DNA of 64,000 nt from the human T2T-CHM13v2.0 reference genome, Homo sapiens: assembly GCF_009914755.1 (NCBI RefSeq), contig NC_060941.1. One strand, written 5' to 3'. Below, piece by piece: positions 1 to 18,864 of this stretch. How positions within the stretch are numbered: position 1 is the stretch's first letter; every line of letters starts with the position of its first letter. Below the pieces are notes generated by a model. That model had not been told where the DNA came from and did not search any database. It saw only the letters and a list, made by a program, of their open reading frames with translations. The translations under genes were made by a program, and so were the position numbers.

Positions 1-1
1 A

Positions 2-466
<465 letters not shown>

Positions 467-1003
467 TGAAATGTTGTCTTTATCATATACTGAATTTTGT
501 ATGTATTTCTGTTTCTGGACTTTTTGTATATACAATGATGGGATGTTTACTTCTGTTCCTCTGCCATACTGCTTTAATGGTAGTTTTTTTTTTTTAATCA
601 AAAGCAGTATGGTTGAGATGATAATTTTCTTTGAAAATTAATATCCCTGACATAAATGTTTTTCAAATGTTTATACATCATGAGTAACATCCTTTTATTT
701 GTATTCATTTTAATGATAATACTACGGATTTACTAAATATGAGCTTTATATCAAGCACTGTGCTAAGCACTTACTTGTATTATTAATTTATGGTAATTCA
801 ATGCTTACAGTGGCCCATATTCTACATACTACATAATTTATTAATATAACAATTATAATATTAATAAATATAGCATATTTAAATTTTTCCAACTGTTTTG
901 CTGTTGCAATAACAGCAAAGGAATTAATAGCTGAAAATGAATAAAATAGAGGACATAAATAGAATCAGAAGAAGGACAGAACTACATAAAAGACTGCAGA
1001 ATC

Positions 1004-1294
1004 GGCCGGGCGCGGTGGCTCATGCCTCTAATCCCAGCGCTTTGGGAGGCCGAGTTGGGCGGATCATGAGGTCAGGAGATCGAGACATCCTGGTCAACAT
1101 GGTGAAACCCTGTCTGTACTAAAAATACAAAAATTAGCTGGGCTTGGTGGCCCATACTTGTAATCCCAGCTACTCAGGAGGCTGAGGCAGGAGAATCACT
1201 TGAACCAGGGAGTGGGAGGTTGCAATGAGCATAGATTGCGCCACTGCACTCAGCCTGGTCACAGAGCGAGACTGTGTCTCAAAAAAAAAAAAAA
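1004..1294 (+). mobile_element. Alu (Sc-like) with 13-bp TSD agactgcagaatc
   Basis: ggccgggcgcggtggctc...polyA; TSD 991-1003 and 1296-1308. Confidence 0.92.
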
Positions 1295-1399
1295 CAGACT
1301 GCAGAATCATTTCATGGTACAACAGAACCATCCTATATATGACCTCATATAAATGATCTCAAGGTACAGTTTTGTTTTTATTAAATTGCTTATAGTGGT

Positions 1400-2370
<971 letters not shown>

Positions 2371-2996
2371 TGTAATATATGATAGGCTGGTCCTTGACTT
2401 TTAGGATCTCTGTTCTGGTATCTCTCTCTTTTAAAAATGATCACTTATAGTTTCTGTACATTTGTTTTTTCACCTGTATTCTCTCATATTCTCTTCATTA
2501 ATAAAAGATTAACAGATAAAACTCCATTTTATAGATTAATTATAGGCTATGGAAAATTGTTGTTTATCTAATGCCATAGACTTTTAAGTTTCATAGCCCC
2601 AATATTGGTAAATTGTCGAGTACTACAGTTCTTTGGAGTGTTTTGGATCATGTGTAACTTTGAAAATGTAATGGAAGTTGTAGACCCACTCACTGGAAAA
2701 TATGCTTGAAAGCTCCTACAAAATTTGGCGATTTCATTTCAGTAGGTTTAAAGACACCCTCTGCTATCTCCACTCATCCATGAACTTCAGTTAAAGACCT
2801 CCTACTTTGGCTTATTCTTTAATTCTTATTCTTTCCTCCTACGATGGCTTATTCTTCTTACTTCTATCTCCTGGCCATCCAAGATGGGTGTGTGTGTTTC
2901 TCTGTTTCTGGACTTTTTGTATATACAGTGATTGGATGTCACTCTACTTCTCTGCCATACTGCTGTAATGGTAGGTTTTTTTGGTGGGGTTGGGGG

Positions 2997-3911
<915 letters not shown>

Positions 3912-4263
3912 TTGGTAGTATTTTTTTTTTTTTAATCAAAAGCAGTACGGTTGAGATGAGAATTTTCTTTGAAAATTAATATCCCTGACATAAATGTTTT
4001 TCAGATGTTTATACATCATGAGGAACATCCTTTTGTTTGTATTCAAAGGATTCATTTGAACTGATTCACCTATCAGTTCAAATAATAAATAAAACTGTAT
4101 CATATAGCTTGGTATCTAGCCTGTAGTACAGCTTGGTCAAATTAAGTGCCTGATCATTTAGTTTGGTTTAGTTGATGCACCTGCATGTTTCAAAATTTTT
4201 ATGTTGAGGTGGTGTTATCGCATAGATCATCTGACTTCTCATTTTTTGTATTTTTCTTCCCAG

Positions 4264-4379
4264 CAATCTGCAGAGCGCTGTGTAAGCACATTGCTTGATC
4301 TAATCCAGACCAAAGTGAATTATGTGGTCCAAGAAGCAATTGTTGTCATCAGGGACATCTTCCGCAAATACCCCAACAA
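4264..4379 (+). CDS. AP2B1: AP2B1 coding exon (116 nt): [39 protein letters not shown], trunk domain
   Basis: Acceptor ttttcttcccag|CAA; donor AA|gtatgt; phase 0 to 2. Confidence 0.96.
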
Positions 4380-5121
4380 GTATGTCCAAATACCTTTACC
4401 CCTCTTTCTCAAATTACTTAGGAAATGTTTAAGGCACTTTGAAATTGCCTAGGTAAGAATTACTCTTTTGAATGTTCCTGGTCATAATAGGATACTTTAT
4501 CAAAAATCGGAAACATTAAAATGGTTAGCACAGGGATTAAAACCTGAGTTTTCACTCTGCTTTCTTTCTTTAGGAAGAATTGAAGCTCTGCCTGAATATG
4601 CATTGTCTATTGGCATATTTTAAAGTTAACCAGATTCTTTGATGGCAAAGTTACTGTTAAATAGGACATCTATATATTCTAGGTTGTTCAGGCATAATCT
4701 CAGTTTATACCTGTTATCCAGACATAATTAATGATTGTGCACCTTTTCTTCTCAGAAATGTATAAGTTTGGATGATATATCGTATAGCACCCTACCATAA
4801 AAGCCAGGAAGGGAACAGCTGTGCTATTTACTTTGCATGTTACCTACTACATTGTGGAGAATTACAGAACATGTAACATTATCAGTCTCATGCCTTTTCT
4901 GAAGTATTGTAGTTATTCTCATACAGATATATAAAAAAAAATCTGCATTTTTACTTCACAAGTTTTTCAGATTGAGGGCCTCTTAGTATATGAAGCAAAA
5001 ATACTTTTTAGATTTGATTTTTGAAAACAAGTAATTAAGGAATCTGAAAATGAAATAAAAGCAGGTTTTATAAGCATCTTAAATCTCATTTTGCCTTACA
5101 CTCATAGAGCTTCTGATTGTC

Positions 5122-5402
<281 letters not shown>

Positions 5403-5612
5403 CACTTCTGATCGTCTTTAAAGATAGTGTTAAATGAAGCAGCTTGTAGTAAGTTAGCTTAGTGGTGGGCTCAAGAATTAGTAGATATATTTTGGCAAGG
5501 TAGTGGTTTATTAAGCATTGTGTATATTTTTAAAATTTTAGAAATAGTTATTTTGGAAAGAGAACCACATACTTTTACTACTCTCCCAATAAAGAAGAGG
5601 GTCGGTTTCTAA

Positions 5613-6059
<447 letters not shown>

Positions 6060-6429
6060 ACATTTAAACTTATTAAGGGTGAAGATGTGTATCTGAATGT
6101 GATTGGTAGAGAAATGTATCCATTTCTGGTTTATGGTTAATAAAGAGTTAGGACGGTTTATGTTTAAGAAAGCAATCAAGAGCCTGGTTTAATCAGTAAA
6201 AGTAGGCAGATACTTAGTTAAGTGTGCTATTTAGTTGTCCACATCTAATTTATTATACAGGGTCATTCTAATCGTTAAAACTACATTAGCCAAGGAGATG
6301 GATTCAACATGGTAAGCCTGAGAGAGCTGTAGATATGTAAAAATAAATATTTTAATTACTTCTTTCTTTGGAGAAATAAGTCAGTGCAGGTACCTTTAGA
6401 AGAACTAACATAAAGAAAGATCTCTTTGG

Positions 6430-6810
<381 letters not shown>

Positions 6811-6974
6811 CTAACTTCATTTGCCTAAAAATAAAGTGGAATTTCTGTTCCTCTCTACCATGAAGGCAAAATGGAACAATAGGAAAATTTTCTAATGTAC
6901 TTATATGAAAGATTGTTACAAATACAAGGTAGTGGTATTATCTTACACCACAGGTTAATTTTTCCTTGTAAAAA

Positions 6975-7280
6975 TGGCAGTGTGGCTCGCACCTGTAATT
7001 TCATCACTTTGGGAGACCAAGGTGAGAGGATCACTTGAGGCCACAAGTTTGAGACCAGCCGGTCAACATAGCAAGACCCCCATCTCTACAAAAAAATTTT
7101 TAAAATTTAGCTGAGTGTGGTGGCACTAAATTGTAGTCCTAGCTACTTAGGAGACTGAGGAGGGAGGATCGCTTGAGCCCAGGACTTTGAGGTTACAGTG
7201 AGCTATGATCATGCCAATGCACTCTAGCCTGGGTGACAAGAGTGAGACCCTGTCTCCCTGTCTCAAAAAACAAAACAAAA
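6975..7280 (+). mobile_element. AluJ-like
   Basis: ggaggatcgcttgagcccagg, agctatgatc diagnostics. Confidence 0.85.
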
Positions 7281-7517
7281 GAACATCTGATGAATTTTTA
7301 TAAAGGTTTTAAGGTCTAGGTCTTAAAAAATAATTGAAGGGAAATTTAAGTCATTAAAATCTTCTGACTTAAAACCTATTCATTCTCTTGACTAAAAGCT
7401 TTTACAGTTTGGTGGTTTGGTTTAGGGTCCCTTGTTTGTGGTTTTGCCTTTAGCCTTCACTGTTAAATTAGTTCTTAGTTTTGCCCTCAATAACCATAGT
7501 TCATTTTTTTTCATCAG

Positions 7518-7683
7518 GTATGAAAGTATCATCGCCACTCTGTGTGAGAACTTAGACTCGCTGGATGAGCCAGATGCTCGAGCAGCTATGATTTGGATTG
7601 TGGGAGAATATGCTGAAAGAATTGACAATGCAGATGAGTTACTAGAAAGCTTCCTGGAGGGTTTTCACGATGAAAGCACCCAG
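7518..7683 (+). CDS. AP2B1: AP2B1 coding exon (166 nt): [55 protein letters not shown]
   Basis: Acceptor tttttcatcag|G; donor CAG|gtaagt; 116+166 nt = 94 codons; adaptin WIVGEY motif. Confidence 0.97.
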
Positions 7684-7759
7684 GTAAGTTCTTGTCTCTT
7701 GTCTATCCTAGTAGTTTTAGATGTCTTTGGGGAGATTTCAGAGAAAGCAAAGGTTATAG

Positions 7760-8691
<932 letters not shown>

Positions 8692-9213
8692 GCTTAGAGC
8701 AGTAGTTACCACTACTTTTTTATTTTCTGTCACCTAAGAATGACTACACATTTCTGTTAGTAATGGCTGTGGCTCATTACAGCAGGGATTTTCGCTAGAG
8801 GCTGTGGTGAGGTTTGAAAAGATTATCTTTGGATGAAAATTCTGAGACTGCTTCTCACTTTCCCCTACCAAAATTAGAGCCACAGAACCAGGAAGCCAAT
8901 AAATTATTAAGCCCTTTTTTCTTGGCATTTGTACTCAAAGCAAATAGAAAATAATGTATGTAATCTACTATAGCAATTTTAATAGACCTAATTCAAGGAG
9001 TATGTACAAGTCAATAGCTTTGTGGTTTAGCAGCCAACTCCTAATAGGCTGTAATCTGACATAATTCTACTGTCTTGGCTCTTGCCCCAGTACGACAGAT
9101 GATTCCATAATTCCCCCCAAATTGTAGCTTTTGGTAGAAGTAAATAATGAAAGACTTGCTCAGGAGCCAATTTTATCACCATCAGTATGTTAACATATAC
9201 TTTAAGAAATACA

Positions 9214-9520
9214 AGCCAGGCTCGGTTACTCATGCCTGTAATCCCAGCACTTTGGAAGGCTGATGCGGGAGAATCGCTTCAAGCCAGGGCTATGAGACCA
9301 GCCCTGGCAACATTGCAAGACTACATCTCTACAAACAATACAAAAATTTTAAAAATTAGTTGTAGTGGCTTGCACCTGTAGTCCCAGCTACTTGGGAAGC
9401 TGAGGCAGGAGGATTGCTTGAGTCCAGGAGTTTGAGGCTACAATGAGCTATGGATGTGCAGCCTGGGCAATAGAGGGAGACCTTGTCTCAAAATAATAAT
9501 AGTAATAATAATAATAATAA
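9214..9520 (+). mobile_element. AluJ-like with (TAA)n tail
   Basis: Alu consensus. Confidence 0.85.
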
Positions 9521-9799
9521 ACACAGGTAACTATCTGTCTTAGAAACAAGCAATATTTTGTGCCAAAAATGCATTTCGAGGTTAAAAGGGTAGAGTTTTC
9601 GGTTGAATACCTTTGTATTTCCCACGAATACTTTTGACTGCTGTTGTTGATATTGATTGAGTTTCAGCCTTTTGTCTCTTAACCAAAATCAGAAAGGCTC
9701 CATAGTAATTCATAGTTGGGGAAACACCACTTTGGAGATGATGGCAGGGAATAATGCCAGTGCCATTCTTTCACACTATCACAAATTATGTCTGTTTAG

Positions 9800-9898
9800 G
9801 TGCAGCTCACTCTGCTTACTGCCATAGTGAAGCTGTTTCTCAAGAAACCATCAGAAACACAGGAGCTAGTCCAGCAGGTCTTGAGTTTGGCAACACAG
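9800..9898 (+). CDS. AP2B1: AP2B1 coding exon (99 nt): VQLTLLTAIVKLFLKKPSETQELVQQVLSLATQ
   Basis: Acceptor tctgtttag|GTG; donor CAG|gtaaga; symmetric phase 0; this frame is not in the ORF track. Confidence 0.96.
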
Positions 9899-11001
9899 GT
9901 AAGAAATCTGGAAAAAGCAAGATGTTGATTTGTCTTGTTTCAAATTGTAGGAAATTATGAAACTCTTCCTAGGGGATTCATTTGGGGAAGCTTTATTTGA
10001 AGGAAGTATGGCCTTTAGATCCTGTTAAAATATTAAAACAATGCCTTTTTACGTGTTCAACTGAATTGTAGCTAATTCTGTGGCTTTTAAATGAGTTGAC
10101 TGATTCCAGTTTTCATAATTCATGAAAATTGAACCTAGACTCTTAGTTTAGTGAAGGACATACTTAGATGAAAATGACGTGATCTGATAGTACCTGCTTC
10201 ACTGTGACTTCATTTCAGCTTTCAAATGAAAGTACCATGTGGAGATAATAGATGCCTCAGTAAAGTTTCATGCATTGTTCTACCTTCCAGAGTAGTTGCC
10301 TTTCTCACAGAAATTAAGTGTTTATGCTGCTTCCTTGTATTATTTGATATATTTGGATCTCCTTGGAATTATTTGTTTTTTTAGGTCAGAAGAAAAGAAG
10401 TTTAGATGGATTCAGATCTCAGGAAAGTGGCAGCTGGCTTTAAATATCAGGTCATTATATTAGATCCACAGAAATCAAAATAATTAGGTTTTCTAGTGTA
10501 ACTAGTATAATGATCATCAGTCCATTGATGATTTAGTAATGTTCATAAATGGATTTGCTAACAGGCCGGCTTTTTAGCAGGCTGTCAGAGTTACGATGTG
10601 TGTCTGCAAATGGAATATGATTCAGATATCCAGTTTACCATTTTTCTGTCTTTGTCATCCCTTTATACTGGTGTGTAATCAAAATTTAAAACCCTTTCAC
10701 AGTACTTTGCCTAGTTCTGAGCCATAATTTTTCCTGTTACTACAACTTAAAAAAATGTATTTGTATGAGCTTTTTGAAGTATTTTAAAAACTTTCTTAAG
10801 CATCTTCCTCTGCCTGAAGCAAAGCAATTATAAACATCAGTGGTTAATATTATCTGTATTGAATTGAGCATTCTAATTTCCTGGATCCCATTTGCATCTC
10901 TAAGATGAATTCAAAACAATTTCTTTATTCCTCCCACACCCCCCACAGCCTTTTTTTTTTTTTTGTACTCTGTTTCATGTTTTAATTTTAAACTCCTAAG
11001 T

Positions 11002-11195
11002 CAGGAGTGTCCAGTCTTTTGGCTTCCCTGGGCCACATTGGGAGGAGAATTGAGAATTGTCTTGGGCCACACATAAAATACACTCACAATAGCTGATGAG
11101 CTAAAAAAAAAAAATCACAAAAGAATCTCATAATGTTTTAAGAAGGTTTACGAATTTGTATTGGGTCACATGTGGCCTCAGGTTGGACAAGCTTG
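11002..11195. mobile_element. MER30-like hAT MITE
   Basis: caggagtgtccagtcttttggcttccctgggccacattgg...gctgatgagctaaaa...ggttggacaagcttg. Confidence 0.85.
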
Positions 11196-11999
11196 CTGTA
11201 AGTGGTCACATAGAATGACATTATTAGAGCAGCTCACATTCTGTCAAAACAATTTCTAAAGAGAATTTTGGCCTTTCTTCCTCTCTGCTTACTGTAAATA
11301 TTCAAGCAAGTATGTTTAGTAGTTTCCTCTGTTTTCACAAGTTCTCAACCTTATCATCATTGTCTGTTAAAGCCTATGTGATTGTATTTAACAGGCACCA
11401 TAGGAGAGCTGTATTACGAATTCTGGCCAGACTTCAAACTCAGTCTCATTACCTCTTAAGTATTTATCAAAATTTGACTGAGATAAAGTATTTAGGAAGG
11501 ATTGCTTAAAGGATACAAGGTAGTGCTGTTCTTACAGATAGTCTGAAATTCACCTCTGAATCAAGCATTATTAATAGACATCTGGATACCTGGACTGCAT
11601 TGTTTTTGACCCCTAATAAAATTGCTTTTACTAAATTACGCTGATACTAAAATACTATCAGTCTGTAGTAATAACAGTCGTCATGGGAAACTACCCTATT
11701 TGGATCTGTTGTTAGCTTGTTATCAGAGTCATTACTTACTTCATTATGTTTTCTTCTTTATGAAGCCCCATCAAATTTCTAACAAGTTTTGGATTTTTCT
11801 GTGTATCAGTGTAGCATGCCTGATCAGCTTTCTTTTCCATATTGGTTGTTTGAAACCTTAGAATCACATTTAACAATCTCCCATGGAAACTATGTAGGCC
11901 ACTGTGGCATGCAGTTTCCTGACTCTGGGTTTAATTAACGCTCTTTAGCCTTAGATGCATTTTTCATAAGCTTCCTAGAACAGGACAGGCTAGAAACTC

Positions 12000-12150
12000 A
12001 CTTAATCCTAGTAAGGGTTAGTAAACGATTTCTATTTTATAGATGAGGAAACTCAGAGAGGCCTAATTATTATGGGGCAGAACTAGGACTCAGACTCAGA
12101 TAGTCTGGCTCTAGGTCTTGCCCATGGTCTTGTCCACTGTGCTATGCTTC
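12000..12150 (-). mobile_element. MIR fragment
   Basis: attttatagatgaggaaactcagag core. Confidence 0.65.
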
Positions 12151-12268
12151 CTCTCTAGTCTGAAGGTTAAGAATGACTTGGAGAATACCTATTCCCTGCC
12201 TGAAGCAATATTGAGCATAAGCCCATATGTATATGTGTGTTTGCTAGTTTTAAGGTCTTTGTGGATGA

Positions 12269-12606
<338 letters not shown>

Positions 12607-12674
12607 TGAGGCTTGCTTTTTCTGTCCAATTAATTAATGAAGTCTGAGAAGTTATCATAAAACAGTAAGTATGC

Positions 12675-13052
<378 letters not shown>

Positions 13053-13130
13053 CTAAATATTTATGGCTAGTGAGTACCAATTTAAGTTTAGGATGCAATG
13101 TGGTCGGCTGAATTGTGTTAACTTAAATTG

Positions 13131-13155
13131 GTATATGTGCTGCCGAAGCGAGCAC
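13131..13155 (-). pseudogene. 3'-truncated (tailless) U6 snRNA retrocopy, U6 nt 1-25
   Basis: Reverse complement is GTGCTCGCTTCGGCAGCACATATAC; flanked by 16-bp direct repeat tgttaacttaaattgg (13116-13131 and 13157-13172). Confidence 0.93.
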
Positions 13156-13490
13156 ATGTTAACTTAAATTGGGTAGTGAGGTTCTGATGATGCTACTTCC
13201 ACTGATTCTGGACATGACTGAGCAAATTTCTTTCATACTGCTTTTCTTCTGTCTCTATAGTAGAGTTAATTAATACTGTTCTTTACCTGTGCTGAGAATT
13301 AAGTGAAGTATATGTGAAATCTTAGTGCTTTTAAGTAAAATGGGAGTATAATTAAAAATATTATTAGTTAGGGGGAAAAACCCAACCCTTGAATCTGAGG
13401 CTTCATTTCAAAAATTTATCTTTTTCTCTTACCTGTTACACAGAAATTCAATACAATATTCAGTTCAACTGAGTAAAGAATACAAACAAA

Positions 13491-13811
<321 letters not shown>

Positions 13812-13859
13812 TTAGTAATTATTCTTTGTGATACATGGAATAGAAGTCTTCATGTTTTT

Positions 13860-14050
13860 CTGTCTATGAACTAGGGGCCACCATCATCAGAATCATTTGG
13901 GCTGCTTGTTAAAAATACTAATTACTAGGCCCTACTTTTGATGTAATGAATCAGAATCTCTGAAGTATGGCCCCTGGGTTCTGCACTTTCAGTGGCATTC
14001 CTGGTATGTTAAAATGTTGATGCACATTATAGTTTAAGAATTACTGTTTT
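13860..14050. mobile_element. MER5-like fragment
   Basis: atcagaatcatttggg..cttgttaaaaat...gaatcagaatctctg. Confidence 0.6.
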
Positions 14051-14508
14051 AGTGCTGGCCTGGTAAGTATTGTTTTGGGACCTCTTCCCCTGAGGAAGGC
14101 CTATGGGTCTAGCAGTACAGTAGATCCAAAGCCAAATTATCTGAGTCACCAAACATTTAATGGCAACTTAAGATTACAAAAAGGTCCTGTATTTTTATTT
14201 ATCTCGGTCTTGACGGTCTGAATTACTGTGGCCTCCATGTAAAATGTGAGGCAGTTGGTGAGGACTGGCTTACAGTAGGCCTAACAGGTCATCCCTCAGA
14301 ACGACAGAGTTTGAGCAGTTAGGAGATTCTTCCCTACTCCTGACTTTTCAGCCTTGGGAGATTTGCACTCATTTCTCATAGGATTGTATTTTTCAAGTTA
14401 GTGTCTGTTTAGACTTTGATCCAGTAACTCTATCTCCAGTAGTTTGCCATATTGCAGCATTTTGAATAATCTGTAGAGGAACTCTCAAATTTTTTTCATA
14501 TATATATA

Positions 14509-14806
<298 letters not shown>

Positions 14807-15814
14807 GAGATTTTTGAATTTTGTGAATCCCTATAGGAATTTTTCTTTTTGGTCATTTGGTTAAATTGTTTACATTACATATGGGAGAAATAATTTGAAG
14901 AAAAAGCATTTTATTTTGATGAGTATATTATTAAACTATGTATTATAAAGTTGAATACCTTTAAGATATTACTAGTCCATAAAGACAAACTGAATTTTCT
15001 AAGTTAATAAGATAAATGCAGTGTTTAATTATGTAATAAAAACCATACTTTACAAATTCTAAAGTACATGTGCCTTAAGGACTGCATATATAGGTTAAAA
15101 TTTAACGTTTAAGTTACATATAAAAAAATGTGGGAGAGAGGAGTTGCTTCCCTGACCTGATATTTTGAGAAACTTGTATTCTGCTCTTTTAAAAATATCA
15201 ACTTGTTTTTGTTTTATAATGTTCAAGCTTTGTTTTCAAATGAAGATCTAAATGAGGAGGTTTCAGGCTGCTATTTATAAACACTTAGGAGCAAATTAGT
15301 CCCTCAGTGCCCCCCCTCCCCACACACACACAAACAAAATCAACTAAATTAGATATAATTATCACTGTTTCTTTTTTTTAACCCGGGCATTTCAAATACT
15401 AGAGACATTTTGATAAGACATTCATATGTATACATATACATATACACATACACACATTTCTATTAGAATAATGCAAGTTATAAATGTAAAGATTATCTTG
15501 AGATAAAATTTACTGTTTTAATATTTTATTAATTTGCTGTATTGCAATGTTCTATATGCTTTTCGTCTTTAACCACCAATCCATTATGAGTGCAATTTAA
15601 ACAATCTGTGACTGAGAAAAACCATTTAAATCTATATAGTCAAAAACATCAGGGTAACTACTGCTATTGAACTGGATGATAAGGGCCTTAAGTGGCTAAA
15701 TCGTGAATCAATTCATCTGCTCGCTTAGAAACTAAAATGGAAGCCCTCAGATTGTCCTGTTTTAAAGAAAATGTTTTTTGTTTGGTTATGAGTTTTTTGG
15801 GTTTTGGGGGTTTG

Positions 15815-15980
15815 TTTTTTTTTTTTTCTTTTGAGACAGAGTCTCACTCTGTCATCCAGGCTGGACTGCAGTGACTTGATCTCAGCTCAATGCAACCTCC
15901 ACCTCCTGGGTTCAAATGATTCTTCTGCCTCAGCCTCCTGAGTAGCTGGGACTACAGGCATGAGCCACTGTACCCGGTCT
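15815..15980 (-). mobile_element. Alu monomer (FRAM/FAM-like)
   Basis: Single arm; flanked by tggttatgagttt repeat. Confidence 0.8.
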
Positions 15981-16156
15981 GGTTATGAGTTTGAAATATA
16001 GAAATTGAAACAGGGACTTATTGTTGCCTTTAATAAGTTGCTGTTGGAACAACTCGTGCATAAATAAATGCCATCATATAGACATACTTTTGAGGTAGGT
16101 ACCAGGATATTTATTGCCACTTTATAATGATGACAAAAACAATAAAGAAAACAATA

Positions 16157-16484
16157 GGCCAGACACGGTGGCTTATGCCTGTAATCCTAGCACTTTGAGA
16201 GGCTGAGGTGGGCGGATGACTTAAAGTCAGGAGTTCAAGACCAGCCTGGCCAACATAGAAAAACCCTGTCTCTACTAAAAATACAAAAATTAGCTGGGTG
16301 TGGTGGTGCGTACCAATAATCCCAGCTACTTGGGAGACAGAGGCAGGAGAATCACTTGAACCCGAGAGGCAGAGGTTGCAGTGAGCCGAGATACGCCACT
16401 GTACTCCAGCCTGGGTGACAGAACAAGACTCTGTCTCAAAATACATGCATACATACATACATACATACATACATACATACATAC
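16157..16484 (+). mobile_element. Alu (S-type) with (ATAC)n microsatellite tail
   Basis: Alu consensus; (atac)n at 16441-16484. Confidence 0.9.
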
Positions 16485-16664
16485 AAATAAAACAATAATA
16501 AAGGTAGAAAGGGAAAAATGGGCAACAGTGAAAATGTCCCTCAATAGTGGACTAATAATTAATGGTGCAGTGGGCATTACAGTGGAAAAGTGCAGTCGTA
16601 TATATCAACATGGAGAGCAACTTCAGAACAGTATATATAATATGAAACTGGTTTTATATGAAAT

Positions 16665-16666
<2 letters not shown>

Positions 16667-16697
<31 letters not shown>
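16667..16697 (+). repeat. (GT)n microsatellite, ~15 units
   Basis: gtgtgtgt run. Confidence 0.95.
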
Positions 16698-16698
<1 letters not shown>

Positions 16699-17174
16699 CC
16701 CATCTGGACAGATATATACCACATTACTAATCATGGCTATTTGGGGGATTGGGAGTTGAGATGGAGAAGGGTTGGATAATTGGGGGAGATTTTTTTTTTA
16801 TGTCACACACTTAAAAATTGTGATGTGGTATGTTTGGTAATAATTTCTTTTTAGCCATGAACATGTATACAATTATTTAAAAACCACCATAGCACAAAAC
16901 AAGACCACCAAATTCAAGTGTTACTCCTTTTGGAAGCAGTTATGTCCTCTCTTTAGCAGTTTTTGATTATTTAGATAATAGTACCTTTCATACTCTATTG
17001 AAATAGTTAATATTACGTGAGCTCCTTAAAGTCAGGCAGTGTATTGTTACCTCTTTATTTCCAGGGCTTAGCCAGTGTCTCAATAGGAGATACTTAATAA
17101 ATATTTGAATGAAGGAAGAAGGTATGGGTACAATATATGGAAGATATAATATATGTTATTAATAAGCCTGCTAA

Positions 17175-17492
<318 letters not shown>

Positions 17493-17696
17493 CTAGTTTA
17501 AAAAATTTTTATGTCCTAAGGCCGTCTCAACCAGTTAACTTTTGCCAGATTAAACATTGTTTTTCTATTCTTTATTTCTGTTTGAATTTGAGTCTTAGGA
17601 TTAACCCATCTTAATTTATAGTTACATCCCTTGAAACATTAGAGATTACAGAATTATGACTATATTAGGACCATGTTGAGTTAACACATTTGTTTG

Positions 17697-18324
17697 CTTT
17701 TTGAGACAGAGTCTCACTCTGTTGCCCAGTCTGGAGTGCAGCGGTGCAGTCATGGCTCACTGCAGCCTCAACCTCCTGGGCTCAAGTGATCCTCCTCCCT
17801 CAGTTTCCTGAGTAGATGGGACTACAGGTACATGCGGCTCTACACCCCGCCCTGATAATTTTTGTACTTTTATTATTATTATTATTTTTTGAGACAGAGT
17901 TTTACTCTGTTGCCCAGGCTGGAGTGCAGTAGCGTGATCTCGGCTCACTGCGACCTCTGCCTCCTGGGTTCAAGCTATTCTCCTGCCTCAGCCTCCTGAG
18001 TAGCTGGGATTACAGGCACACGCCACCAAGCCCAGCTAATTTTTGTATTTTTAGTAGAGGTGGGGTTTCGCTATGTTGGCCAGGCTGGTCTCAAACTCCT
18101 GATCTCAAGCGATCCGTCCACCTTGGCCTCCCAAAGTGCTGGGATTACAGGCATGAGCCACTGCGCCTGGCTGGCCCTGATGATTTTTTATATTTTTTGT
18201 AGAGGCAAGGTTTTGCCACGTTGCCCAGGCTGATCTCAAACTCTTGGGTCCAAGTGATCCGCCTGTTTCAGCCTCCCAAGGTGTTGGGATTACAGGCATG
18301 AGCTATGAGCTACCACATCCAGCC
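17697..18324 (-). mobile_element. AluS (~17870-18173) nested in the middle linker of an AluJ (17697-17860 + 18180-18324)
   Basis: AluJ arms separated by a complete AluS; ccctgat repeat at the junctions. Confidence 0.82.
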
Positions 18325-18452
18325 TGAAGTATCTTCTTAATACCCAGTCTGCATAAATCACTACAACATTGGTTGATGATAAATCCAGCAGTTTGGGTTT
18401 CTGTATGGAGAACAGTTTCATCTCCACCTCCTTGCCTTTGCCTTTTCTTTAG

Positions 18453-18712
18453 GATTCTGATAATCCTGACCTTCGAGACCGGGGCTATATTTATTGGCGC
18501 CTTCTCTCAACTGACCCTGTTACAGCTAAAGAAGTAGTCTTGTCTGAGAAGCCACTGATCTCTGAGGAGACGGACCTTATTGAGCCAACTCTGCTGGATG
18601 AGCTAATCTGCCACATTGGTTCTTTGGCCTCTGTGTATCATAAGCCTCCCAATGCTTTTGTGGAAGGAAGTCATGGAATTCATCGTAAACACTTGCCAAT
18701 TCATCATGGGAG
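18453..18712 (+). CDS. AP2B1: AP2B1 coding exon (260 nt): [86 protein letters not shown]
   Basis: Acceptor ccttttctttag|GAT; donor AG|gtaaga; conserved beta-adaptin [13 protein letters not shown] and [10 protein letters not shown] motifs. Confidence 0.97.
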
Positions 18713-18770
18713 GTAAGAAGGTGTGAACTGTCTCTGAGTGAGAAATGACTCTTGTTTAGACAGCGTTGCT

Positions 18771-18864
18771 CTTCTTTATGCTTTTATAGTCTGGAAAAGA
18801 ACTGCTGTACATTTTTGCTTCTTTATGCTTTTATAGTCTGGAAAAGAACTGCTGTACATTTTTG
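18771..18864 (+). repeat. Perfect 2 x 47-bp tandem duplication
   Basis: cttctttatgcttttatagtctggaaaagaactgctgtacatttttg at 18771-18817 and 18818-18864. Confidence 0.95.
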
